A stretch of 64,000 bases of DNA from Octopus bimaculoides (GCF_001194135.2 NC_068982.1:37148466-37212465), one strand, 5' to 3'; shown: positions 48,571 through 61,450, numbered from the stretch's first letter. Program-made: numbers and translations. The notes: generated by a model not told the origin, from the sequence alone.

Positions 48571-51500
48571 TTTTTTTTTTTTTGTTTACTTGACTACACC
48601 AAATACCTACAATGTACCAACATGAACATTTAATATTTTGATGGTTCATGGTATAAGGCCACAAATTTTTAAGTAATTGTAACTCAATGATTCAACTATA
48701 GTACATGACTGCTATTTATTTTATTGAGCTCTGATATATGAAAGGCTAAGTCAGTTCTGAAGGTATTAGATATCTGAATATACAGAATATAATACTTTAA
48801 AGTGTGTTTGAACTAGTCCTCTTACATTTCTGCAATTTCATCATTGTTATGCAAACCTGTTCAACTATGTTAACTTGACCCAACTCTTCTAACTCAATAT
48901 CAAGGAACTTCTTAAATGTGGTTACTATAACTGTGAATAATAATACTTAATAATATTAACATTGCAGCTTCATCAAAAAGCCCTTAAAACCTATCACTCT
49001 AAGTGCCCCAAGTACTTGAAAAACTCAAGAAAGGAAATAATAAGTGAAATCATTAGGTATAATTCAAAAACTTATACAAACATCAATAGTATGTGTGGAT
49101 ATGTATGTGTGTATACACACACACACATATAGTCGGGCAAATTTTAAAACTAGATATTACAAAAAGCATTTGTGTGTTTGAAATATTCCATTTTTATACT
49201 GAGCTCAATGAAAGATTTCTGTTGATTATAAAAGTTTTGACGTAGGACTTGATCATTCTTTCTAGACAGTACATATTCATTGAAGTGTGTGTGCGCACGC
49301 ACGCATGCATATATGTATTTGTGTGGTCATTAACAGACAAAAATAGACAACTTTTTCAAATGCCATACATTTCATTTCACTTAGATTTTAAGCAAATTTG
49401 AAATAAGATATAACACTGCAATACAATTATTAGACTCTGAGCAGTAATGAACAAGGTGGATTTTATTTTTTAAGAAATATAAAATCCTTGATATAAAATA
49501 ACATTAATTTATAGATTTGCTTGATAAAGAAAACAAATCATGACACATATATATTGATTTCACAACACACCACTGTGCCAAGACAAACTGTTTAGAAACT
49601 GAAAATATAGATACCAAGTTTCATGCAGTAAAAACATTTTTATAGAATAATAATGTTTACATTTTAGTAAAAAAAAAAAAAAATTGTGATAAATCAAGAC
49701 AATTGCATTTCAGTAGTAATTTGTTGTAGTTTGGGTGAGCTTGTTTGAGTTAATGGTTTGTAGATAGGGTATATGATTCAGAGAACGATGATTAGTGTAA
49801 AGCAGGGATAGAGCACGTGTGCATTAAGCATAAAAATTACTACTATGCATAAGAGAGGCAGTCATGAAGAATTAACAACAGTTTTCAACTGTGACTTTGG
49901 ATTTGATACAAATATTGTCAACTAGTATGTTGTTTCATAAAAGTCTTTAGAACAGCAGCATCTTATCTTCTACTTTACCCTACTCTTTATGAAATAGCCC
50001 CTTTGTAATTTTTTCCCAGAAGTACTACATCAGTGATGTGTGCATTTAAAAACAATGAGTGTTTCGCAAGCTTACACACATACACACAGCTTTCACTATC
50101 ACCTGGTGATTTCAATGTTGATAGTTGGATTAATTACTTTACCAGTATATTACACTATTAAACAGTTTCAGTAATCTGAATAATATTTTACTGTCGCTCT
50201 TTCTCTCTCCCTCTCTCTCTCCCTCTCTCTCTCCACACCTGTTGGATATATATATTTACAGACACTCACACATACAATATATATNNNNNNNNNNNNNNNN
50301 NNNNNNNNNNNNNNNNNNNNNNNNNNNNNNNNNNNNNNNNNNNNNNNNNNNNNNNNTATATATATATATATATTAGACCCCTTAATTTGACAGAACACCT
50401 GTTACAGTTCAGTTGTTCTTGTGACTTAGAGAAAACACCTGCTTAAATTTAGTGGTGTGGTCAATAACACTCAAGCAAAATGCGTGAAGACACATATTCA
50501 AAATGTCCTACCACTGTTACAAACAATAATTACAACAACAACAATAATGACACAACTGTGTCCAACAGCACTATTTCATGTGGGACCATAACCATCCCTT
50601 ATGATCCCCAACTCCTCTTGTAAGTATACATATTTTTTCTGACCCCCACCTCTTCTAATCGGTAGCTGACCACTGTTGATTTTTGTTTTCTTTCAACATC
50701 TCATGATTTTCTTGTCCTCAGCTGGTGGTCTAACGTGTATACCATGCTCCATCCTGTCATTTAAGCATGCTTTATTCTTATAATCATTTTCAAATATTTT
50801 GTCTAAACAGAAACAATTTTCAAATAATGTTAATGTGAAAGATTTTACCAGTATATTATTTTTTTACTTGCAAACGTTACATATTATTCAGTTTTAGTTC
50901 TTGTTCATTTATATTCTTTTTTTTTTATTATTTGTACTTTTGTAAGTAAACTACTGCCCCTTTCAGCTACTCATGTATGTATTCATTCACTTAGGTGCTC
51001 GTATGCATTGATAGAATAATACAGTTGAATATGTATGCACCACACACACGCGCGCGCACGCATTTACTGCGCTAATATCATTGAATGCTTTTATTCTGCA
51101 TGTATTTTAGTGTTCTGGATATTTCTCTCCAGCACTGTATGTGCTGGTAAAGCTGATTGCATACTATTGATTTTGTCATTGTATATATATATATATATCA
51201 ACACAGACAATTATTAGTTGAATCCGATTTCCCAGTTAGTCATAGCCAGTTGTATACTACCGGTCTCTTTATTTAAACAAACTCCACTTTGGCTTGCTTT
51301 TTTGGCTCCAGTTCACATTTACACTTCAGTTAGATAATTTTTGCCTATTAAAATTTTTAAAAGCCTACTGAAAATTATCACTATGTGTTAAATCTATGTT
51401 CATGTGCACATATGAAAAAATATCAGAGCTAACATTTTCCTAAACATCATTCCCTGTCATTGTCTTGATTATCTTACTCATCCCCTCTTGCTTTTACTCT

Positions 51501-52539
51501 TTAACATCAGTAACAGCAGCAGCAGCCACAGTAATTAGGAGTATTCATACAACTAAATGTATTCATCATTAACAACCAATTGTAGATGCACTTGCAATTT
51601 TTTTATTGATTCGCTAACTACAAGTTCTTTACTTTATATTTCTGTAAACTGTAATAGGTAGGTGAGAATGCATTCTTAAAAAACTAGTACACAATTGGAG
51701 TGCTAAACCTCTTCCACGCATCTATTTTCATTTCATTCAGACATATATTGATCTGTAAGCTAGAATAATTATGTCTAATGACTTAATTATTCTAACTTAC
51801 ACATGCATACACAACCAAACATAATATATTACTTATTTACATTGCATAAATTGTTTAATTATTAATGCAGTGTGGCGTAAACTACTCTAAGCTTACTCAT
51901 AAAGAGCCAAAATATACTTCTTATTTGCAGCCGAGTCCATTCAAAACTATTAACTGGAAATAGTTTATGGCAAAGTTCTCTAGTATCAAAGAGATACTAA
52001 AAATAAATGAATCTTGAAGTGTAGATTCAAATTATCCTACTCTGTATTTTAGATTAATCTTAATCAAGATTATATATAAAGTTTTAAGAAGTTTGCGAAG
52101 ATACTTAGTGAAAATAATTTATCTGAGTAAATAAAATCTTTAAAGTATTTAAAAATTATCTTTTGAACTTGTATTCGAAATTTTTTTGATGCAATAAATC
52201 AATGTACTAAATATGCCTTTGGCTTCTTTCTTTTCTGAGTTTCTTGAGCTAGACATAGTTTCTGTAGATATTATTAAATAATTTTCTCTAATCTATTTTC
52301 TGATGTTTACAGTGAAATAATCTGACTCATTACTGTATTGGCTAATTCACTTTCTCATAAATTGTTGGAACACTCATCATGACTCATGGGATAAAAGTCC
52401 TGGGATTATTAAAACTCCCTCCTTTATGTAAAACCAATAGAAGTGTCTGCAAAATTTCACCCAAAATGTCCTGTTTACTCCCATTCACTTGAAGCTGATT
52501 TTATATATCATATAACATTTTGTCTTCACTATTATAAGA

Positions 52540-52770
52540 ACAATTCTAAGACATGACTTCATCTACTTCTTTTAATAAATCCCCTGTCTACCTTTCTTTA
52601 ACATTCATGTCTTTCTCAGCAGTATCCTTATACCCAAATATGATATTTGCTGCTTTACTTTTGCCTCTACTTATATTCTGCACTTACACATCTTATCCAC
52701 CCTTCACTTTGTCTCTCTACATTGTGCTCTTCATTATACTCATTAGTGAAGTGAAGCATCTTTAACTGGA
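52540..52770 (-). mobile_element. RTE APE-domain fragment
   Basis: Minus-strand similarity to the xQExRWxG...FWxG...GVGI...EVxRV region, comparable to the copy at 63180-63450. Confidence 0.4.
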
Positions 52771-54489
52771 TATGAAAACAGTTCAATTTGCAGAGAAGTT
52801 GTATCTAACATGAAGCCTATCACTATATATTCTATACACATTGGTGATTATAGCATAGTTATAAGAAATTTAAATGATAAAATATAATATTGTATTTATT
52901 TATTAATGAAATAAAGATCACGATTTATAAACAGCCACTCCTTTGTTTAGATGTGCAAGAAAATGCTTATGATTGCACTGAAACCTCAAGGATGTTTATA
53001 TCTTTACCCCCAGAGTAAACAAAAAATATTTCCAGCATTGAAAAAGAATCTCCTTGTTGAATCTGGTAAGCAACACGTGTCTGGATGTTACATCCCAGAT
53101 TATAACAACTTGTATAAAAATGCTGAGAACCAGCCAACATTTCACAATCAGTCTAGAGTAGCCATGTTCCTTGTGGTTTACAAGATATATGCAAAAAACA
53201 GTGGAATCCTCTATTTGGTGTATTTATGTAAAAAAAAAGAATCAGCTTCACAGGTTTATAGTATGTACTTGTGTAACTTGGATGCACTGGTATTCTCCTA
53301 AACCATTCAGATCACAATTCATAACTCCATATTGGATCCAGATTGGATCCGTTATATTTCATTATAAGGTAAAATACTGTTGTGTTGTAGCTCTCACAAA
53401 GAACAGTTTTTATCATACTCTGATTTCTAAATCCATTAAATATGCTATTTCACATGTGCATTGATAGTGGATTGATAAGCCATTCGCAACTTCATGTATT
53501 TCAAAGATGTGTTAAAGGAACTTCACTTCACTGGTGACAATATAGTATTAGTGACACACTTTAAAGAAGAAAGATTTATTAAAGTAATTAAAATTTCAGC
53601 ACATCAAGCCACAAAAAGTTTATCATTATTGGTATGTGTGCAATCCGTGTTGATGTCTTTGTTGAGATTTGTGAAGGAAAGGCTGCAGTCATGTTACATA
53701 GACTATATGATATTTGTAATATATTGTCTTTTAGTCTTTTTTCAGAAGTTGATATGCACATGAATTTAAGGCCTTGACAGTATGTTACATAGATATTGAA
53801 AAAAACAAATAATAATTAGGAAAAGATGCTCATTAATTAACAACTTCAAAAAAAAGACCAGTACACTGCAAAAGGGGAAATGAAATTCTAAGTGTCTAAC
53901 GTGTATGAACATAGCCAAACATCAAACAATGATCTAGAAAACTACTACAATTGTGAACTGTAGTATCACTGTTTACAATTGGTTCAATTGGACTATTTAG
54001 TGTTGTATGTTACTACTGAAGCAGCAAGATGTAGATCTGGTGTTCAGATACCTTCAACTGTGAAGATGAATAAATCACTCTCCTTATGACTCAAAAAAAA
54101 AAATTAGTCAAATTGGTGTTAAACTTGTTTCTCACTGTTCTGAGTCAAATATCTTTCCTAGCTTAAATTATCCCTTGTAATAGCAGTAATAATAATACTG
54201 ATTTAAGATTAACTGCTTGTCAGTGTTAAACAGCTTTGGTCAGTTTTCTGCAGTAATCGGACAAACAGTTGAAAGAAACTTACAGGTCTTCACTTATTCC
54301 AGCATTCAATGTGATATGGAGCCAGAGTGTGCTGTGTTCTGTTCAAGTTACTATACAAAAATAAAGTCTTGTTTATCAATATGAGAAATGGTTATGATGA
54401 ATTACTAAGATGTTAGTTTTATAAAATTCACTAAAGGGGGATGAAAACCGAGAACAAAATTGATATTGTAGCAATTTTTGTATATTGTA

Positions 54490-55140
54490 TTTTGTGCTCC
54501 TTTAGGCCCCAAGCAGAAAACAAATTGTATCCTATTGCTCAACGTATTGTTGATATGTTGAGCTGTATTTGGACATTTAATTACAGAGATGGTCTGGATA
54601 GAAGCATAATATTTAAGGTTTGGTGTTGTTTTACACTATTGGTAATATTTGGATATGGTGGGTTGTCTGTAATGATGTGGGTGTTTTGAAATAGCCTTCA
54701 GCTGAGAGATTGGCATTTCAGGCAGGCTGTTGCTGGCTTTTAATTAGGATTTTATGTCAGGAAATGTTTTCAGTGAGTTAAGCTATTTTCTAAAGTTTGT
54801 GTGTCATCTATGTGTTGATTCATGGTCACTGAGGTGGTGTATTTTATCTGTTATGTAGGGGCTGTGAGGAGCTTGCAGCAATAAGAAACTGTCCTGGTGG
54901 CTTTACATTTTTAGTACTTTTGTTTCAGTGATATAGTTTGTGGGTGTGATCTGTGTTCAACTTAAGATGATGAAGAGTGCATTATTTTACATTCATTGTA
55001 ATTTTCTGATTTGTTGTATAAGATTGAGGGCTTAGGGGCAGTTGTTGTAATCCATGATGGATCAAATATATTGTTGGCACACAACTGTTGTTTTATTGTG
55101 TTGGTCAAATGTGAGTGCTCCAAAATTTCTTACATCTTAT
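54490..55140 (-). mobile_element. Penelope-like element RT remnant
   Basis: Minus-strand KPPGQFLIAA, IDDT and AIG segments in the order of PLE motifs (PGRPIxS, IxDT, AMG); heavily frameshifted. Confidence 0.45.
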
Positions 55141-55901
55141 TTTCCTTTATTTAAGCTACCTTCAACATGTAGTGTAAATGTTGTTAGAGGTTTTTGTATG
55201 TAATTTTTAATATTTTATCATTTGTATATGTGATATGTTTATGCTATTGAGTGTGATGGTTGGCTGTAATTGACATTATCTGATGTTGGTAATAAGAGAG
55301 ATGCTGGGTGTGGCAGGTACCTCTGTTTGTTATTTTGGAGTCATGTTTCCAAGTAATTGGACTAGCTGTAATTGTGTTGTGTCTGGCAAATAGTAAAAAG
55401 TTGATTTGTGATGCCATCTGCAAGTCTGTATCTGTTGGGGGTTGTACTGTTTTGCAGCCCCAAGTAAGCTCTAATTGAGCAATCCTATGGAGTGTAAGTA
55501 GTTATTTAAATATTCTAACTCATAGATCTGTTTTTTTTTTTGTTACGTCTCCATGCAGTTGAGAACATATTGTACACTCTGATATGCAGTAATAAATTGT
55601 ACAGGGGAACTATGTGACAGTCTGAACATCCTGCACTCTCTCCACTGACCAGTTTGTTACTGCACATTCAGATATCTGGTAGTGACTACAACAAAGGTGA
55701 ACAAAGTCAGTTCAGTTGCTGCTTATTTATACATGTTTATGTATTAATGACATCTCTGTGCAATATTTGGAGCTAGTGATGCTTTTGGAGTTGTAGCTAT
55801 TTTATTGTCCGTGTGTATTTTTTCTTCTTTTACATTTACTTTGATTGAATGAGGGAGATGGTGTTGCAGTATTCTTTGGTTTTGTGTGTGTCTGTCTATT
55901 G

Positions 55902-56276
55902 TAGGGATAGGCATAGTTGTGTGATTAAGAAGTTGGCTTTCTATTCACGTGGTCCCACTATGCAGTACCTTGGGCATCTTCTATTGCCTCTGGCCAACCA
56001 ACACTTTGTGAATGGATTCGGTAGACAGAAACTGAAAGAGCTCTCTCTCTCCATCCTTGACTTGACATCATGTGATAGTTATAAACAAACTCCATTGCCA
56101 TATAAACAAGGTTGTTCATTTTCAGTCTCACATGAGAAACATGTCTGACCATGGAAAAGTGTTATCTTGAAAACAGGTAAGAGTTGGCAACAGGAAAGGC
56201 ATCCAGCCATAGAAATCTACCTCAAAAATTCCATCTGATTCGTGCAAATATAGAAAAGTGAACATTAAATGATGAT
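55902..56276 (+). mobile_element. tRNA-derived SINE with RTE-type tail, inserted in the LINE
   Basis: gtcccact.tgc.gtaccttgggca body, aggaaaggcatccagccatagaaa tail motif, aaatgatgat end. Confidence 0.85.
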
Positions 56277-57740
56277 TTGTGTGTTTGATGGTGAGTTTTA
56301 ATGTAAAAGCCGTAACTGAGGGTGAGGTTTGTTATAAAAAAAACTACACTCCATGCAAGTTTAAGTGGTCTTTCATTTGTAATATCATTGTTTTGTTGTG
56401 TAGATGGTTTGTGTTCAGTCCGTAATGGTGCATAGTGTACTGTTCTGTATACTATTTTGTTTATTGAGGTTCCTTGTGGAGAGATTAGGGACCCAGATAG
56501 AACTAGTATATTCCATGGTAATTCTAATGTATCGTTGCTCTAGGTAGATTTGTGTCTCATTTTTCTTTCTTTACTATGTCTTTTGTGAGTAATGTAAATA
56601 TTGGATGCTTTGTAAGTATAGGCTTTCTGTATGGGGGTTTGTTGATATTGTTGGGTTTGGTGGTTGGTCGTATTTGATATTCAGATCAAAAAACTGTTTC
56701 CCTGCTGGCCAGAGAGACTGAATTTGGTAAGTGCTACTTATAGTCTACTATTTTAGAACTAAGTTTGTGGATGAATAATGTAGAGTCTGAGAAGTTGTGC
56801 ATATGTGTCTGGAGATTGGCAACAGGATGGTGTTTGGTGTCAGCCATATATAAGATTATGTGTATGTTTTGAGAAGTTGCTGGAGGGCATAGTTTGAAAA
56901 GAGTGAAATGACAAATCTGTCGGGTGCTCCTTTTATGAAGCTGCAAATTCTAGAAGTGTTTTTGTTTACAATATGATTTTGTGTGAAGTAGATTTTCTTT
57001 AAGTGAATAAGTTTTGCTAATGTCAGTGGAAATTAGCACAGTACATGTGACAGGTTTTCTTTTCTTCAATAAAAAATAATTTTTGTATGTTAGGTTCATG
57101 AGTGGTTAAGTATAATGGGCTAAATCCATGTTCTGATTTGAATTAAATGTGAAGGTTACTGATGTCAAGGATTAGTATTTTTTTCCAGAATGTTTGAGGT
57201 TGTGCTTCGGAGTGTAATGGGCCTGTATAATGTTACTTTGTTTGGGTTTTTGTTGGGCTTTAGAATTGTTTATGACTTTTCTCATTCCCCACATTCTGGG
57301 AATTAGGCAGTGTTGGTACAAGTAATTGAAGATATTAGTGAATGCAATGATCCCTTCAGGTTTTTGATGCTGGCCCTGAGGCTCTTGAGTTTCCAGAATA
57401 TTCTAATGCTTGTTTGTATATGATAAAATGAAGATGACAAAAATCACGATCTAGGTTGGAAGTGTATAGTTTTTACTTTATATTCTTGTCTGATTTTTAG
57501 TGTTTGATTTTGGCAAGAAATGTCTAAGAACATTTGCTTGGTACTGGATTATGGCTATTTTGTTCAATGTTGTTGTTGATGATTATTCTATATAGTGCTT
57601 TAATGTCCATTTTCTAGTTTGTATTCAATTCAAATGTTTGCCAGTTTTCTGATTTTTGTTGCATGTGGTGTTGGTGCAGTACCCCAGAGCTTCCTGACGT
57701 TTGTGTGGTTGTCTATTATTTCTGATAAATGGGTCATATA

Positions 57741-59082
57741 TAGATGTTTTCGACCTAGTTTGAATTCTTTGCAATCAAATTTGAATTTTTCAAAGGGACT
57801 TTGTAAGACAAGGTAAAACGCAGAAAACGGACAACAGGCATGAGCTAAAGTGTTGCAAACGGTAGAAAGTAGGAGTCTTCATACTCGAAAGAATATTTGA
57901 TGACCACAAATCGATTCGAAGCTAGTTTCTTGAAATTGGTGCTCAAGCCTTGAAAAAAAAAAAAAAAAAATGAGTGAAACTACATCAGCCATAAGGGAAT
58001 ACATGTCTATCTTATCTAACTCTTCCAGTAGAGCCCACTGTTACTCTAACTTCGATCTAACCCCAAGCTCTTTAAAATTGTTTTATGAAGTCACTTTTTT
58101 GTTGAAAAATTGTTCAATTTGCATCTCTTCAAAGCGAACGGACTGGTTCTTTTAAGGTCACTCTTGGGTAAAGTTTGAATAGAAAGCTCGAATAGCATAG
58201 TTCTCGAATGAAAACTCTGCAGCTATCAAGAACTTATGAGCATTACTTTTGCATAATGCTATTACTAATAGCAATTCACCATACGTAGGCATAAAGGAAA
58301 AAATGAGCTCATACTAATCCTGATATAACGATCTGCCTGAATGCGTCCACGTGTCATCTAAGACATGTACATGCCATGTACAATAGACAGTCTAGTTAAA
58401 AGACATACCACGGGGGGGTAGGGGGTAGCATAAACCTGTGCTTTAAAGCAATTTTATACAATTTTGGAGGAGGGGTGAAATTACCCTTATGATTAAAAGT
58501 TATGATCAACAATTGTGGATTTAAATCAGACCAGGTTTATTAGCTATCCTGAGTAAGAGTTTTTAAATTTTCCCAACTGATATTTCTCGCAAAACAAGTT
58601 GCAGTTTGTAAAAATGTACAGATTATCTTGAATGAATTGTTCAAACCGGTCGACGTAACGGAGCATCGTTTGGTAGAAGCTATCGCAGTGTTCGTGAGTT
58701 ATTTCATCGACCTTTTCAGATATCAATTGGTAAAGCTCCGGCTGGTTCTTTGCCTCGCCTTGGATAACCGAGCATTTCCAAACAGAGAAAAAGAGTTAAA
58801 CTACATCAGCCTTACAGCTGATGTAGTTTAACTCTTTTTGTTTTTTTTTCAAGGCTTGAGCACCAATTTCGAGAAACTAGCTTCGAATCGATTTGTGGTC
58901 ATCGAATATTCTTTTGAAGATGAAGACTCCTACTTTCTACTGTTTGCAACACTTCAGCTCATACCTGTTGACCATTTTCTGCGTTTTAGCTTGTCTTACA
59001 AAGTCCCTTTGAAAAATTCAAATTTGATTGCAAAGAATTCAAATTTGATGGCAAAGAATCCAAACTAGATCGAAAACATCTA
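57741..59082 (-). mobile_element. Non-autonomous Tc1/IS630 (ITm)-type DNA transposon, 1342 bp, ~255-270-bp TIRs, TA TSD
   Basis: Ends TA|TAGATGTTTTCG ... CGAAAACATCTA|TA. TIRs 57741-~57996 and ~58810-59082 differ by ~12 substitutions in ~210 aligned bp plus a 21-bp duplication in the right TIR. Removing the element rejoins the host LINE sequence. Confidence 0.85.
58544..58792 (-). pseudogene. C-terminal fragment of a Tc1/IS630-like (DDE_3-type) transposase
   Basis: Open frame FFSVWKCSVIQGEAKNQPELYQLISEKVDEITHEHCDSFYQTMLRYVDRFEQFIQDNLYIF...SG*. It matches the LNPIExxFSxWK....I....IT..DC..F...M..Y pattern that follows the catalytic E; the catalytic core is deleted. Confidence 0.7.
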
Positions 59083-60129
59083 TATTATGTTACCTTCTGG
59101 AATATGCTTTTGGGGACCATTTAAAATTATTTTATTAAATGCATGTACTGAATTTAAGTGATATGGAAATAGGAAAACCTTAATTCTATTTCTGGTGGAA
59201 CTCATTCAAATAAGCTTTGTAAGTTTGTAGAAATGTATTTGTTTCCTTCATTAATATCTGAATGTGTTGAGTTGATAAATCATAGATGGTCTAAGAATAG
59301 TTGGAGGATTGTTGTTGTGGTAGCTAAATGTGTAGTACAGAAGTTAATGTCTGGAGAAGTTGTAGTTGGCTTGAAAGTATATGTGCATTGGTATAAATTC
59401 TTTTGTATAAAAAGGGATTTTAGTTTATGAGGCTGTTGAAAGCATTATTGGTACCAATAGTGTAGTTTCCTTCTTTTTTTTTGTAACCCTTTTTGTTAAA
59501 AGTTTGTGACATGTTTCTCAAGTGAATATAGTATACATCTGATGTATGGGTTAGTTAGGGTGAGTGGTTTGGTTCATATTGCTTAAAATATTCACTATCA
59601 GTTAAAAATGATAACAATCAAGCTAACAATGAATAACAATGAAAAATTACATATGTGTTATATATATATGTATTTAATTTTCTTCTTTGTGGAAGGGCTT
59701 CACTCAACCCATTAGGATACTTTTATCTCCCAATGGTTAACAAACTTATCCATATTCATGAACTTCATTGAATAATTTTTGCTAACATAGACCACCACTA
59801 GTTCCTCTGATTCTTGTTTTTATTTGGTTTTTATATAAATACGTGTGTGTAAGATTAATATTATATGAAAATGCTTATTTATCTATGCCGTTAGATAATG
59901 CATTGTCTGCTTCTACAGTTAATTTTATTGTCCTGAACCATTTATCACACACAAGAGAGTTAAGATATTAATTTAAGAATTCATAATTTTGATTTTCTTT
60001 ATTATTTACTTTCACTACTGGCAAATTATTATCATTTTAATGTATCAATGTAGAATAATATTGTAAATAATAATATAGGAAAATATTTACTTATTTGTTT
60101 ACCCAAATTGCAAGACAGTGTACCAGAGA

Positions 60130-61450
60130 AAATTGAGACATTGTTAACGAGAAGCGTATTGAAAATGATACCTGCTTTTAACAATGCTAAAAAGTAGGAG
60201 GCAAGGAAATGTTATTTTAAGAGGCTGTTGAATGAGGAAAATTTGTGGAAGAGAGAGCACCTAGTCCCAAAATACCCAACAAAGGCACTAGCCATCCAAA
60301 TTGACAGATGTATAATAAGTAAAATAATTAAGGATTATGAAGTGGGGAAAGCAACTGGACTGTTGGATATAATTGTTGACATGCTGGAAATATCTGGCAG
60401 GGTAAATCATGCACTAGTTTTATGCATAGTCAATCAGATAGGACAAGAAAGTATTTAGCAATGAATTTATCTGAAAGTTGTTGTCTAGTATAACTCAGTC
60501 CTCAGCCACCATCCGTTTATTATAATTCTCCAAGTTATAACTGAAGAATTCAAGACAGCTGTCTATGTCAATTGACTTTGTTTTCATAAAGAGAAATTGC
60601 TGTTGGAAGCCAAACATGGAATTGAGAACCTCAAAGTAAACTTTGCAAAAATTTAGTAAGCTGGATAGAAGACAGTCATGCTACCATGACAGAAATAGCC
60701 AATGTTTGATACGCAGAAGAGGAGTTGGTTGGAATTACATGTGACGCACCTATTGTAAACTAAGGAATACAAAACATGTAATGGGATTTATTAAAGAAAA
60801 TGCAGCAAACACACAGGTATAAGTAAACATTAAGAGTATGTATGAAATAAATTTTCTTAAATATTTATAAGGAGGCTCCCTAAAAATAGTTGATAGCTTT
60901 TGTTATCTAGGTGACCTAATTAACAATGGAGGTGGATGTTTTGAGAGCATAGTATCCAGAATAAGAATATAAGAATGGGTTGCATAATGTTTAGGGGGCT
61001 ATTACCTCTTTAAGTTTCCTTCATCATAAATGGTTGTACGGTATAGTGCATGTGCATGAAATTCAATGATGCCTGGTTGCAAGGCACAGAACTTGAATGC
61101 AGAAGATTGGCTAAGAGTACAATAAAATGAAGCAAGCATGTTCTATTGTATGTGTAATGTTAGTGGATATAAGAGGAATCAAATATAGTGTGAAAGAGAG
61201 AAGACTACACTGATGTGTGCATGTGGAGGATGACAGTTTTATAAAGTATTTCTTAGTGCTCCAAATTGATGGAACCTTTAGAAGAGTGAGAGACAAGGAA
61301 GATATCCAGTGAAATATCGAAGGCTGATCTTAAGATATGGAACCTCGTCAAGGAGATTACAGAGTAGAGAGATGATTGCCAACATGTGGGACTGGAGGAG
61401 ACTTGACCACACATGCAAACATGGAACTTATTGATGAAATTTGGGTGATG
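60130..61450 (+). mobile_element. Decayed RTE LINE (linker, RT and 3' end)
   Basis: EARKCYFKRLLNEENLWKREHL...IISKIIKDYEVGKATG (60200-60360), VDSFCYLGDLINNGGGCFESIVSRIR (60890-60970), RTE-like tail ending gatgatg (~61450). Confidence 0.8.

Larger units (their letters stand above)
55260..59520 (-). mobile_element. I/Jockey-group APE LINE remnant, interrupted by a SINE and a DNA transposon
   Basis: Minus-strand order: TTSPDINF...LDH (APE end, ~59280-59360); IILNGPQKHIPEG (~59100); FTNIFNYLYQHCLIPRMWE (~57300); VLISTDISKTYS (~57020); TLFKLCPP...IILYMADT (~56830-56900); YLGSL (~56490); LAQLRxG/CxxC-like C-terminus (~55400-55480). Confidence 0.65.

Noticed and set aside
52951-53763. ORFs of 116, 97 and 89 aa as host exons
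   Set aside because: No splice signals; ELHFTGDNIVLV resembles a decayed LINE RT (LFADD) motif, so these are probably retroelement debris.
57760-58430. A second gene reading on the minus strand into the left TIR (VLDDTWTHSG...LEELDKIDMYSLMADVV...GLSTNFKKLASNRF), mirrored by the 76-aa ORF 58838-59068 in the right TIR
   Set aside because: Five stops in ~150 codons is not clearly fewer than chance and I recognise no family. A BLASTx or HMM hit would revive it.
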